Positions 1 through 9,676 of a DNA stretch of 64,000 nucleotides are shown here, piece after piece. The number at the start of each line of letters is the position of its first letter. Within the stretch, counting starts at the first letter, position 1. A model generated the notes under the pieces. That model did no database searches and was not told the DNA's origin. It worked only from the letters and a program-made list of their open reading frames with translations. The stretch is from Candidatus Cloacimonadales bacterium. GTDB taxonomy: Bacteria > Cloacimonadota > Cloacimonadia > Cloacimonadales > JAFGVF01. The DNA lies in the NCBI GenBank assembly GCA_963677495.2, contig CAXXOU010000001.1, forward strand, positions 640,001 through 704,000, in the 5' to 3' direction. The translations under genes were made by a program, and so were the position numbers.

Positions 1-588
1 GTCAGCATCTTTGATGATTCTATAGTTTTTCCCATATTCAGGAGTCCACATGGAGCGGAAAGAAGCCATCTCCATCTCTTCATCAAAGTGGTTAATAGCA
101 GTAAGAATATGTGATTTCAAAGTTTCGTAGTCGTTCTTACCATCTTGAAGAAGAGCATTGAAACTAATAAGATTCTGCATCCATTTAAGGTTCATGAAAG
201 ATTTACCTGAAAAAACATAGCCTTTGAAGTTAAAGAATACGCTATAATAGAAAGACAACATCTGCCCCATTCCATCGCCAAATTCTTTCACTGCATAAGC
301 CGGATTGAGGATGCTATAGTTATAGTTATCACCAACAATTTCTGAGAATATAGTCTGGTTCTTTTTACTTAGCTGTTCCAAAGTATGTGTTTTGTAGTAA
401 TCCCAATCAAACTCAAGCTCTAGTTTTCTAGCTGCTAAAGCTTTCGTAGCACACTTATTTACAAACTGGATAAGCTTATCTTCTGATGATTTGTTCTCTA
501 CTAGAATTTGTTCTATACGTTCCCAGGCACTATTGCATTCTTCTAATGTTTCCTGTTTTCTCTTATCAAAGAATTCTTGTAATTGCAT
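1..588 (-). CDS. Aminopeptidase (leucyl/M29 thermophilic metalloprotease-like), N-terminal part; runs off the left edge
   Basis: Own translation: ATG at 588 with GGAG upstream, open to position 1 (MQLQEFFDKRKQETLEE...YSILNPAYAVKEFGDGMGQMLSFYY...). The NPAYAV..G..LSF segment resembles the N-terminus of clostridial-type leucyl aminopeptidases. Missing from the ORF track because it is truncated. Confidence 0.6.
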   Translation of the reverse strand, partial: MQLQEFFDKRKQETLEECNSAWERIEQILVENKSSEDKLIQFVNKCATKALAARKLELEFDWDYYKTHTLEQLSKKNQTIFSEIVGDNYNYSILNPAYAVKEFGDGMGQMLSFYYSVFFNFKGYVFSGKSFMNLKWMQNLISFNALLQDGKNDYETLKSHILTAINHFDEEMEMASFRSMWTPEYGKNYRIIKDAD

Positions 589-808
589 AAAGTCTCCAAT
601 TAGTCATTGTTAATTTATCCCATTCAAACTTATAGCCTTAGTTGTAAAGCTTTTTTCTTTAGTTTCACGTACATAGGTTGAAATCTTTTGCCTGGGATTC
701 CTCGAAAAATCTATCATAATAATGCAAACCAAGACAGTTGCATGAAATACCTTGCCAAAATTAAATCTCAAAGTTTATTTGATGTAAAAGATATATATGG
801 AGAGAACC

Positions 809-2521
809 ATGAAAAAGGTATTAATTATCACAGGAATAGTGATTGCAAGTATACTTCTCATTGTCATACTGGGAGGATATTTCACTGCGAACCGCTTCTT
901 TAATGCTAAGAGCGGATTCTCTTTACGCACAACACTAACCGAATCTATCGGCAAAAAAGTCGACTATAAAGACCTTAAAGTCAAACTGGGTTTAGGCGTA
1001 AAAGTTGAGCTTAATGGCTTCACAATCATAGACCCTGACTATCCTAGCAAACCACTTATTCAAGCTGATAAAGTATACGCTGACATGAAACTACTACCAC
1101 TTCTCTCCAAGAAAATAGAAGTAGTAAAAATAACTATTGATAAACCTGGTATCTATTGGAACGACAAAATCAAGTTCGAAAGCAAAGAAAAGAAAACTCC
1201 AAAGAAAGAGAAGAAACCTAAGAAAGAGAAGAAAGAGAACGAGATGTTTACTCTTTCTATCCCTGAGATTGGTATAAACAAAGGTAGCTTCACTTTTGAA
1301 ACAGATACTGACACTCTTCTGGTTGAGAATATAAATCTTAACTTGCAAGTTAGCGTAAACAGTCTTGATAAAGGTAAAGAAGACTATTCCGGTACACTTG
1401 AAATTCGCAACATTGATGGTTCCTATGGTCCATACAACTGGCACAAAGCCACCGGTTCTATCTCTGTGAATCAGGATAAGCTTTCTTGTGATGAACTTCT
1501 CTTCGCTACATCTTTAGGTAAGTACTGGATGAATGTTGACTTGAAGGATTGGAGTCACTTTGGAGTTAAAGACGCAACTAAACCTCAGCTTGTGTTCCAT
1601 GTCATTTCACCATTGGCTGACTTTTCCAAACTACCTAAACAGGAGAAAACTGAAGCTCAACCTGACAGTCTTATCGCTGAAGCAGACATACAAGTTGAGC
1701 AGAAACCAAGCACTGCTAATGAACTTGAACTACCGTTGGATGTTCAAGGTATAATCGACTTCAAGAAAGTGAAGACTGAGGTTTTAGAGATTCAAAACCT
1801 TAAGACTCTTATCGGAGCTAAAGACGATAAAGTGTATTTGAATGTTGAAACCAAAGTTGCTGGTGGCAAGGTGAAACTTGAAACTACTCTTGTTAATGGT
1901 GAGACAAAGTCTCTTAAGGATCTTGGTTATCAGGGAGAGCTCAAAATTTTCAACCTGAAAGTAGAAGAGATTGCAAAACCTATTCTCAAAGATGATTTCC
2001 TCGAAGGTAATCTCAGTGCTTCATTTGATGTGCAGGGAACAGGATTTAGCTTACAAGATATCGTTAGCACAATGGAAGGATATGGAACTATATCACTTAA
2101 AGATGGCTATTATTACCTTCCGAAGAATGTTAAAGAGTTTGGTAAATATGCGAAGACACTCAAGCACGATAAAGTTGCTGTTAGTATTGAAAACACTTCC
2201 ACATATTCAAAAGGGATTCTTAAACTAGATAATCTGGTTGCTGAGTCAGAGATTGCTGATGCTAAGATTAGTGGGTATGTAAAACTTACCGGTTATGTTA
2301 ACGCAAGAGTTGTTGGTAGAGTTTCACGTCAGGTAAGTAAAGAGCTTAAAATACCTGCAAAGCAGATGTTCTATGATGCAGATAAGCGACTCGGTTTCAA
2401 AGTTACAGTGAAAGGTCCTTTTGATAAAACAGAGGTTAAGTTCCACTGGGCCAAGCTTACCGGACAGATCTGGAAGAATGTTAAACGTGGAGTTGGTAGC
2501 TTGATAAAAGGACTATTCTAA
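809..2521 (+). CDS. AsmA family protein (membrane-anchored beta-groove lipid-transfer-like protein)
   Basis: N-terminal TM anchor, AsmA-like motif LLPLLSKKIEVVKITIDKPGI, beta-rich C-terminus (GYGTISLKDG, VTVKGPFDKTEV). Start moved from 797 to ATG 809, which follows GGAG. Confidence 0.75.
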   Translation: MKKVLIITGIVIASILLIVILGGYFTANRFFNAKSGFSLRTTLTESIGKKVDYKDLKVKLGLGVKVELNGFTIIDPDYPSKPLIQADKVYADMKLLPLLSKKIEVVKITIDKPGIYWNDKIKFESKEKKTPKKEKKPKKEKKENEMFTLSIPEIGINKGSFTFETDTDTLLVENINLNLQVSVNSLDKGKEDYSGTLEIRNIDGSYGPYNWHKATGSISVNQDKLSCDELLFATSLGKYWMNVDLKDWSHFGVKDATKPQLVFHVISPLADFSKLPKQEKTEAQPDSLIAEADIQVEQKPSTANELELPLDVQGIIDFKKVKTEVLEIQNLKTLIGAKDDKVYLNVETKVAGGKVKLETTLVNGETKSLKDLGYQGELKIFNLKVEEIAKPILKDDFLEGNLSASFDVQGTGFSLQDIVSTMEGYGTISLKDGYYYLPKNVKEFGKYAKTLKHDKVAVSIENTSTYSKGILKLDNLVAESEIADAKISGYVKLTGYVNARVVGRVSRQVSKELKIPAKQMFYDADKRLGFKVTVKGPFDKTEVKFHWAKLTGQIWKNVKRGVGSLIKGLF

Positions 2522-3862
2522 CTCACTTAAAACATAGTTATTAAGTAGGTATACCCTATCTGATACAGCTTTTACGAACGGCATGTCATGACTGATAATC
2601 AGGATGGCATGCCCTTTCATTTTTAGTTCCTCTATCATGAAGATAAGCTTCTTCTTATTCTCATAATCCTGTCCAAAGGTCGGTTCATCAAGCATTATCA
2701 AAGGTCTATCTAGGCTTTGCACAATTGCAAGGGATAACCTTCTTTTCTCACCTACCGAGAGTGTGAACGGGTTCTGATTCCCGTGTTCCTGTAGCCCGAT
2801 AGACTCAAGTAGTTCCTGCTTCCCTCCTACTTCCTCCATGACTGTTGGAAAGATGAAATGGTTTTCAGGGTTTTGGAAGAGGTAACCAATCTGTCTGAAC
2901 AGCTCATTTTGCTTCAGAGCTTTGAGATTCATATCATTGATTTCGATTCGTCCACTGTAACCCTTCACTAAACCTGAAATAATTTTAAACAAAGTACTCT
3001 TTCCTACCCCATTCTTGCCTGTTATTGAGATAGTTTCACCTTTATGAACAGATAGATTTAAACTTTTGTAGAGTTGCTTCTCTTTGAAGCTAAAGCTTAA
3101 ATCCTTTATACTCAGAATTGCGTTCAGCTTCTGTTGTTGGTGAAGATTTTTAAACTCCTGCTCCCATAGAACATTCTCGGGACTTTCTTCATGCAGGAAG
3201 CCGTTATCATCTATCGCAATCACCCTGTTAATGTATTCTTTAAAGTAGCTTAAATTATGCTCAACAATGATAACAGTTTTGTTCTTAACTTGATTCCTGA
3301 TAATAGCTAATAGTTCCTCTGCAGATGCGGGGTCAAGGAAAGCTGTAGGCTCATCTAAAAGAAGTATCTCAGGATCGGTTAGTAAGATTGACAGCAATGC
3401 CACTTTTTGCATCTCTCCACCGGAAAGAGTTAGCACATCTCTATCTAGAAGAGCTTCGATATTGTACTCTTTAGCAGCTTTCTCTATAGATTCACTTATC
3501 TCATTTGGTTGCACCTGAAGATTCTCAAGCCCAAATGCAAGTTCCTGCCTAACTGTTTTATGTATCATCTGGGCTGCAGGATTCTGAAACAGCAGACCGG
3601 AATCCATCTTGTCTCTCTCAGTTAGCTGGGATATCGCTCTACCTTTGTACTCGATTGCACCTTTCAATGTACCATTTATCTGTTCAGGTATTAATCCTTT
3701 TAAAGTATATAAAAGCGTTGTCTTACCTGATCCGGAGCTTCCTTTTAGAAGAATGAAATCACCCTTACATATCTCTAACCCACCTTTCCAGCTTATTCCT
3801 CTTTGCTGAAAGGGGTACTCAAAAGAAAAGTCCTTAACTCTGTAGATTACTTCTTTACTCAA
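2513..3862 (-). CDS. ABC transporter ATP-binding protein with two ATPase domains (ECF-type)
   Basis: Two Walker A motifs (GSSGSGKT, GKNGVGKS), FQNP Q-loops, LSGGE/LSVGE signatures, LLDEPT/MLDEPTFGQD Walker B. Confidence 0.9.
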   Translation of the reverse strand: MSKEVIYRVKDFSFEYPFQQRGISWKGGLEICKGDFILLKGSSGSGKTTLLYTLKGLIPEQINGTLKGAIEYKGRAISQLTERDKMDSGLLFQNPAAQMIHKTVRQELAFGLENLQVQPNEISESIEKAAKEYNIEALLDRDVLTLSGGEMQKVALLSILLTDPEILLLDEPTAFLDPASAEELLAIIRNQVKNKTVIIVEHNLSYFKEYINRVIAIDDNGFLHEESPENVLWEQEFKNLHQQQKLNAILSIKDLSFSFKEKQLYKSLNLSVHKGETISITGKNGVGKSTLFKIISGLVKGYSGRIEINDMNLKALKQNELFRQIGYLFQNPENHFIFPTVMEEVGGKQELLESIGLQEHGNQNPFTLSVGEKRRLSLAIVQSLDRPLIMLDEPTFGQDYENKKKLIFMIEELKMKGHAILIISHDMPFVKAVSDRVYLLNNYVLSELE

Positions 3863-4769
3863 AATATCCTCTTACGTTCATTCCTTGGTACATTCCATGT
3901 GCATAAAGCTCTGATAACAGCTTATTCAACCATACTTTCTTCTCACCTGAGACATTACGTGCTATCTGATTCCTGTGCAGATTAGAAGTGAAGAATCGGC
4001 TGATGGTTTTCTCCACTGAGATTTCAGGTATAAGCTTCATAAGTAATTCGATATATTCGTCAATATTGATTAGATCTAAATCGCAGTCATACAATTTAGA
4101 ACCTTTAAATGCTACTAGATTGTGTAACTTAACATCTGTTATAATATCTTGTCTATTAGCATAATGGATTGTCTCAATCATATCTTCAAGAGATTCATCA
4201 GGAATACCGATTATCAGATGCACTCCCGCATGTAAACCATGATGTTTTATTCGTTCCAGAGCTAGCTTAGTATCCTGAAACGTATGGTTTCTACCAAGTA
4301 GTTCTAAGCTTTTATCATGAATTGTCTGCATTCCTAACTCAATATGTACGTTGTACTTCTTGCACAATTGTAGGTACTCATCATCACAGTAATCAGGTCT
4401 TGTAGAGGCAATAATTCCTTTAACTCTACTATCGGAACTAGCGATTTCAAAAGCATCTCTAAGTTTGTTAATTTTAATGGCACCGGTAGTTTCATCCTGG
4501 AAATATGCCAAATATACTAGTTCTCTTCCAACACCTTTTCTAATCTTTGCAATACCGATATCCAGTTGTTGCTGAATAGAATAATTGTTATTATCCTCAG
4601 TAAAGGTGGATGGTATGCAGAATATGCACCCACGCTTTGCCCTATTAGGACATTTCTCTCCAAGCGACAATCCGACTTTGAAGGCTTTACTTCCATAAAG
4701 CTTCTTCGCCTTGTCACTCCAGAGATTCAGTCTATATTCTAATCTTTTACCGGGTCCACTAGCTAGCAC
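3855..4769 (-). CDS. Radical SAM protein, TIGR01212/YhcC-like
   Basis: CPNR...GCIFC cluster motif, STRPDYC, ELGMQT, GVHLIIGIP, VKLHNL. Start placed at GTG 4769 (GGAGG upstream). The track's extension to 4862 is an overlap with the upstream gene's Gly/Ala tail. Confidence 0.85.
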   Translation of the reverse strand: MLASGPGKRLEYRLNLWSDKAKKLYGSKAFKVGLSLGEKCPNRAKRGCIFCIPSTFTEDNNNYSIQQQLDIGIAKIRKGVGRELVYLAYFQDETTGAIKINKLRDAFEIASSDSRVKGIIASTRPDYCDDEYLQLCKKYNVHIELGMQTIHDKSLELLGRNHTFQDTKLALERIKHHGLHAGVHLIIGIPDESLEDMIETIHYANRQDIITDVKLHNLVAFKGSKLYDCDLDLINIDEYIELLMKLIPEISVEKTISRFFTSNLHRNQIARNVSGEKKVWLNKLLSELYAHGMYQGMNVRGYFE

Positions 4770-6399
4770 CGGCTGAACCTCCACCTGCTGCTCCGGCACC
4801 TGCACCGGTTGCACTCGCACCTGAGGAGGCAACAGTCGCAACAAAAGCACCATGAAAGGCATAGAAATCGTTTAGATTATCGAAATTGAGCTCTTTAAAA
4901 AGTTTCGGTATCTCAATTCCCTCTTTTTTGCAATACTTCATAAGTCTCTTTTCCTGACCTAAAATTGTGAAGTATGGGAATACTTCTCTAACGTATTCTT
5001 CATCAACAGCTAAGCTTTTATCTCTAAATGATGCTGAGATAAACTGTTTATATCCTTTCCAGGTTGCTTTTACATCTTTTCCTTCAGGAGAAAGTGTGTT
5101 GGTTACTGCAGAGAACATCAGCGCAAAGAAGGCAGTATCAAACATAAGGATTGGGATAATAAAACTCCACCCCATTCCTTTTTCATACATAATCAGAGCA
5201 GGTACTAAAAGAGCAATAGATAGGATTAAGAAAATAGCTGAAATCGTAGCTTTCTTTATAAGAGCTTTTGTCAGCTCTTCATAACCTAAACCTTCTTCAA
5301 AGAACTCTTCATGAAGAGCTTTACCAAGTGGATTCTTAGAGTTTTGCCCCATCAGCTTCACTGTTGCGATAAGAGGTTTACTTTTCTTCGCCTGCAATTC
5401 ACGTAACTCATGAATAAAATCTTCATCAACTCTGTTATCTAGGGTAACAGAGTCATCAATATGCCAGTTGTAATCCTTACTAAGTTTAGAACTGCTTCTG
5501 CCATCAATAACTATTACTTTCTTCCAGATAAGATTAAGAACAGCACCACCAAAATTATATGATCTGGAAGTAGGTGAGAAGATAGTCTTCCACATGAGTA
5601 ACGGGTGTATCTTTTCAGGGAGTTCTTGAGAGTTGTAAGGAAGTTTTTTATCCCTATAAACAGCCAAAGCAATTACGATAAACAAAACAACAAATATAAG
5701 CAACACAGACGCAATACCTAAAATTATGTAATGATTCTTGTACTCAGCCTGCTTCATTTCGATAATTGCAAACTCTGGTTGTGGTAGATGAACAACTTCT
5801 TGAGGCAAATCAAAACCAGTTAAGAAATGTTCTCCGGTTAGGTTACTGAAACTATAGATAATACTCTGACCATCTTCAGAGATAGTAGGTTTGATTAATT
5901 CTGAACTAATAACAGGGACTTTACTCTCTATTTGTGGTTTCTTAATGATTACAGCACCCTCTTTAATGAGAAAGTCATAATCAATCGGCAATGGAATCCA
6001 GCGAAACTGTACATCTTCTCCGATTATCTTATATGGCTTCTTTATAAGGTAACGCCAGTTCACAGTTGTCTGTCTATCATAATATCCCGGTAGTGTGACA
6101 TACATCTCAAGGTCTTCTCTGTCATTCACTTCGCATTGAGCAGGATTAGTAGGATCCAAGAAGCTGCCATCATGCATAATCTCAATAAACTGCAAGCCAT
6201 CACTATGTGAATCAGGTATCTCACGGAAGAGCTGATTAAAAGGCCCACCTTGCAAATTATAAGTCCACTCTTCATCCACAAGCAAATCCCCGTTTGGCTT
6301 GAGTTCTGCATTTATTCTCACTTCGTCAATGTAGTATGATTTTGCATTTATTGCTATTATTGTAAAAATCAAGCAAATTAGAATTACTGTTTTTTTCAT
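4759..6399 (-). CDS. DUF2207 family predicted membrane protein
   Basis: Signal peptide, KSYYIDEVRINAELKPNGDLLVDEEWTY N-terminus, TM segments, W-x-GYK-x-F motif, Gly/Ala-rich tail GAGAGAAGGGSAGAS. AGGAGG SD before ATG 6399. Confidence 0.85.
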   Translation of the reverse strand: MKKTVILICLIFTIIAINAKSYYIDEVRINAELKPNGDLLVDEEWTYNLQGGPFNQLFREIPDSHSDGLQFIEIMHDGSFLDPTNPAQCEVNDREDLEMYVTLPGYYDRQTTVNWRYLIKKPYKIIGEDVQFRWIPLPIDYDFLIKEGAVIIKKPQIESKVPVISSELIKPTISEDGQSIIYSFSNLTGEHFLTGFDLPQEVVHLPQPEFAIIEMKQAEYKNHYIILGIASVLLIFVVLFIVIALAVYRDKKLPYNSQELPEKIHPLLMWKTIFSPTSRSYNFGGAVLNLIWKKVIVIDGRSSSKLSKDYNWHIDDSVTLDNRVDEDFIHELRELQAKKSKPLIATVKLMGQNSKNPLGKALHEEFFEEGLGYEELTKALIKKATISAIFLILSIALLVPALIMYEKGMGWSFIIPILMFDTAFFALMFSAVTNTLSPEGKDVKATWKGYKQFISASFRDKSLAVDEEYVREVFPYFTILGQEKRLMKYCKKEGIEIPKLFKELNFDNLNDFYAFHGAFVATVASSGASATGAGAGAAGGGSAGAS

Positions 6400-6566
6400 A
6401 AACACCTCCTATATTCGCAATTGAGAATCGAGTTTCTTTAATGTCAAGGTCTAATAGCTAGCTAAATTCCCTCCACGCTAGGGATAGCTCAAATATATCT
6501 ATTACTTTTCAATGCATAACCTACTTATATGCTTTCACATATTTCCATCTAAAACAATAACTCAAG

Positions 6567-6726
6567 TGCACTCGCTAGTCTCAGCAGTAATTCTTTGTAA
6601 TTTGATAGCGATATCTTGGTAATAACTTAGAAATATCTTAGTAATTAGGCCAAGAATAGGCCAAGGGTTTGCCAAGGGTTTACCAAGTGTTGCTCAAGAA
6701 TTACTGCCGAGATATAAAGGAGTGTA
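6567..6726. repeat. Long imperfect inverted repeat enclosing 11-bp-period repeats
   Basis: gtctcagcagtaattctt (6578-6595) pairs with aagaattactgccgagat (6696-6713). Inside are phased atcttggtaat/aacttagaaat/atcttagtaat and ggccaagaata/ggccaagggtt/tgccaagggtt/taccaagtgtt. Confidence 0.7.
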
Positions 6727-6951
6727 TAGTATAAAAACATTCTGCAAAAATAGTGAATGAAAGAGCAAGTTTAGTGTGCTCCAGCTTTCGCATCATGTTA
6801 CAAATAGTGAGAGTTCATCGTCCTATATAGGCAGTAGTGTTTTTGAAAAACTGAGAAGATAGGGGGATAACAAAGATTTCTCTCCTTCCCTATTCTCTGC
6901 TTAGCAGGATCCATTAGAGCGTTGTAAAGCAATTACGAAGATGTTAAGATT

Positions 6952-7707
6952 TTAATGCCTAAAGTCGAAATCACATGGTTTATAAATTATGTCATCAATA
7001 GATTCAACTTTGATAATTCCATGTACAGCATTTGTAAGGAATACGGATTCATATTCTGCCAATTTATTAAGTGATATTTGTGCTTCTAAGATCTTATAAT
7101 TATCAATCACTTTCCTTTCTAGTATCAACCTACGTGTAATACCGGGAAGAAGTTCTAAAGTAGATGCCGGTGTGTAGATATGTCTGTTCCTAACTAAGAA
7201 GATATTAGCAAAACAGGTTTCAAGGATATTGCCTTCTATATCATAGAAAAGCATGTCATCAAAACCCTTATCAAGTGCCTGCTGTTTATAATATAGTGGG
7301 AGCATATAGTTTGTGGTCTTATATTTATTGAGTGGATTGGCATGTCGTGGTTCTTTGCAAGTGACCAGTCTGAAGCTTCTGTTAACTGCTTGAAACTCAT
7401 CAGCTGTGATGATAACTGTTGTACTATCTAACGCTTTTCTAAGAAGAATTCTGATACGCAATCTATCCATGTTATTCATATCAGCAAGTTTATTCAGAAT
7501 ATGGGAGAACTCGAATTCTGGATAATGAATATTAAAACGTTTACATGCATCTTTTAAACGATCTGTATGCATTTTGAGATTATAAGCATTGTTCCGAGTA
7601 AACAAAAATGTTGTAAAAACTCCATAACCATGCAGGAAACCACTATTGTTTATATTTAACTCAACATTAACAGGCTCTCTATACACTCCATTAATATACC
7701 AGATCAT
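6952..7707 (-). CDS. pabC: Aminotransferase class IV, probable 4-amino-4-deoxychorismate lyase
   Basis: GFLHGYGVFTT, YKTTNY (PLP Lys), ETCFANIF, LLPGITR, FLTNAVHG; overlaps pabB by 4 nt. Confidence 0.8.
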   Translation of the reverse strand: MIWYINGVYREPVNVELNINNSGFLHGYGVFTTFLFTRNNAYNLKMHTDRLKDACKRFNIHYPEFEFSHILNKLADMNNMDRLRIRILLRKALDSTTVIITADEFQAVNRSFRLVTCKEPRHANPLNKYKTTNYMLPLYYKQQALDKGFDDMLFYDIEGNILETCFANIFLVRNRHIYTPASTLELLPGITRRLILERKVIDNYKILEAQISLNKLAEYESVFLTNAVHGIIKVESIDDIIYKPCDFDFRH

Positions 7708-9062
7708 TTGCTCTCCTTTCCACTAGAAATGAAATGAGTGACTTTCTGAATAATCTCATCATATTCCGATTCAGGATTTGAATCGATTGTTACTGCGCCA
7801 CCACTATTAAAGAATAGCTTTGTACAATCATCTGTCAAGGATTTAGCTACAATACCTGTCCTGATCACGATACTTGATTGTAGGAAATCCTTATTCATCA
7901 CAAAAATGGAACCTGTGTAAAGATTACGTCTGCTGTTTTCAAGCTCATCGATAATCTCCATAGATCTGACTTTTGGACAACCGGTTATTGAACCTCCGGG
8001 GAAAGCACCCTTAATGAGTTCGATGTAGTCCTCATCATCTTGAAGTTCACCTTTAACTATGGCAACCAGGTGCCAGACGTTTGTGTACTTCTCAAGTCGA
8101 TGAGGAGTAACAACTTCTACTGAACCTACTTGGCAGTTCTTAGACAAGTCATTACGAAGAAGGTCAACAATCATATGTAACTCAGCTTTGTCCTTTTCTG
8201 AGTTAAGAAGCCTTTCTTTAGATTCATTATCCTTTATTGGATCAATGTATCTAGCTGCAGTTCCCTTAATAGGTCTAGTCTCAATATAATTAGCTTCAGC
8301 TTTGATAAACTGTTCAGGAGAGAGAGACAAAATCTGGAAATCTGAGAAATTCATGTAAGCTGAGAAAGGTGCAGGATTCTTTCTGTATAGGTCATAAAAA
8401 CAATTGAAGGGGTTTCCATTGAATGGGGCTGAAAACTGCTGTGATAAGTTAACTTCATAAACATCACCAGAGTAGATGTAGTCTCTAACTTGATTGACCT
8501 TAGAACAATACTCCTCTTTGGAGAAATCCGGTTTTATCTTGCCGATAGTGTAATAATCAGGTTGTGCAATGTGATTGCTTTCAATGCATTTCATGTTATA
8601 TTCGATGTGAATCTTCCAGGCCTTACGACTGAGTTCATCGAAGTAGATGAAATCTGAGAAAACAGCATATAATGCATGTGGAATAGAATAATTACAATTA
8701 GTAGTGCTGGGTAACGTTTCAAGCGTATGATTGAGGTCATAGTTCCAATATCCGCATACGCCACATCTGTTGATTGGGAACTCATACTTTTCAAAGTTCA
8801 GCTGTGTAATTAGATCTCGTAAAACTTTCCATGGCTCAAAATTTAGGCTAGTGTTATCAATAGCTGTTTGAAGCTTACTTCCTTGGGGTGAAAGCTTAAA
8901 AGTAGCAACAGGATTATGACCTATTAAAGAAAACTTGGCTAAGTCTTTCTGCCCTTCTCCGGTGTACAAAATTGACTTAGATGCAGATATCTTGGTTTTA
9001 TAGTATTCAATTGGTTCTTGATAATCGATAACTTCAATTTCTGTAGATAGTATTTTTATCAT
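7704..9062 (-). CDS. pabB: Aminodeoxychorismate synthase component I
   Basis: Chorismate-binding fold (GDVYEVNLS, SPEQF, MIVDLLRND, FPGGSITGCPK). PIKGT motif indicates PabB rather than TrpE (PIAGT). Confidence 0.88.
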   Translation of the reverse strand: MIKILSTEIEVIDYQEPIEYYKTKISASKSILYTGEGQKDLAKFSLIGHNPVATFKLSPQGSKLQTAIDNTSLNFEPWKVLRDLITQLNFEKYEFPINRCGVCGYWNYDLNHTLETLPSTTNCNYSIPHALYAVFSDFIYFDELSRKAWKIHIEYNMKCIESNHIAQPDYYTIGKIKPDFSKEEYCSKVNQVRDYIYSGDVYEVNLSQQFSAPFNGNPFNCFYDLYRKNPAPFSAYMNFSDFQILSLSPEQFIKAEANYIETRPIKGTAARYIDPIKDNESKERLLNSEKDKAELHMIVDLLRNDLSKNCQVGSVEVVTPHRLEKYTNVWHLVAIVKGELQDDEDYIELIKGAFPGGSITGCPKVRSMEIIDELENSRRNLYTGSIFVMNKDFLQSSIVIRTGIVAKSLTDDCTKLFFNSGGAVTIDSNPESEYDEIIQKVTHFISSGKESK

Positions 9063-9628
9063 AGTAACTCTAGGAAGTTTCGAATAATCTGAGAACCATG
9101 TTCTGAAAGAAATGACTCAGGATGAAACTGTACAGCATAAGCTTTGTTATTGTGATCCTCGATTGCCATTGAGATACCACCAACTGTTTTGGCTGTTACT
9201 TTATAACATGACGGTATATCAATACATTGCAAAGAATGGTATCTGGCGATCTCGAAAGTTGATGGCGTACTCTTAAACAAGATGCTTTCTCTAGTTTCTA
9301 TGATAATTTTATTGCTTTTACCATGTACGGGATATGGTGCTTTAATAGTTTTACCACCCTTAAGTTCATTAAGGCATTGCATACCAAGGCAGACACCAAA
9401 AATGGGAAGTTTCCCAAAACATTGCTTCAGAAGATTCATAGTTGATGGAGTTGTATCAGGCCTTCCTGGTCCAGGAGAGATGACTATAGCTTCATAATTC
9501 GCTATATGTATGTCATCTAGCTCATTATTCCTGACAACATCTACTTCACCTGTATATCCACCCTTAATCAGATGAAGAAGATTGTAAGTAAATGAGTCAA
9601 AATTGTCGATTAAGAGGAGCTTATTCAT
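9059..9628 (-). CDS. pabA: Glutamine amidotransferase, aminodeoxychorismate synthase component II
   Basis: IDNFDSFTYN, SPGPG, GVCLGMQ, RYHSL, QFHPES; coupled to pabB. Confidence 0.88.
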   Translation of the reverse strand: MNKLLLIDNFDSFTYNLLHLIKGGYTGEVDVVRNNELDDIHIANYEAIVISPGPGRPDTTPSTMNLLKQCFGKLPIFGVCLGMQCLNELKGGKTIKAPYPVHGKSNKIIIETRESILFKSTPSTFEIARYHSLQCIDIPSCYKVTAKTVGGISMAIEDHNNKAYAVQFHPESFLSEHGSQIIRNFLELL

Positions 9629-9664
9629 GAAAAATAAGAATAGCGGGAAGCAGATACTTCCCGC
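9629..9664 (-). terminator. Intrinsic terminator-like hairpin between the transglutaminase gene and pabA
   Basis: gcgggaag-cagata-cttcccgc stem followed on the minus strand by tattcttattttt. Confidence 0.6.
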
Positions 9665-9676
9665 ATAATAATCTTT

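Noticed and set aside
688..2228. Short ORFs overlapping asmA (688-903, 1094-1444, 1560-1754, 1971-2228) and similar shadow ORFs throughout the track
   Set aside because: They are antisense or off-frame to long, well-supported genes and have no SD or recognisable motifs.
4770..4862. N-terminal extension of the radical SAM ORF (MPFMVLLL...VQPVQVPEQQ)
   Set aside because: It is an alternative-frame reading of the DUF2207 Gly/Ala tail. A GTG with GGAGG at 4769 fits better.
6600..6700. Possible CRISPR array in the short periodic repeats
   Set aside because: The period is 11 bp with no unique spacers, and no cas genes are in the window.
7704..9628. trpE/trpG assignment
   Set aside because: The PIKGT motif and the adjacent class IV aminotransferase indicate pabB/pabA; no other trp genes are present.
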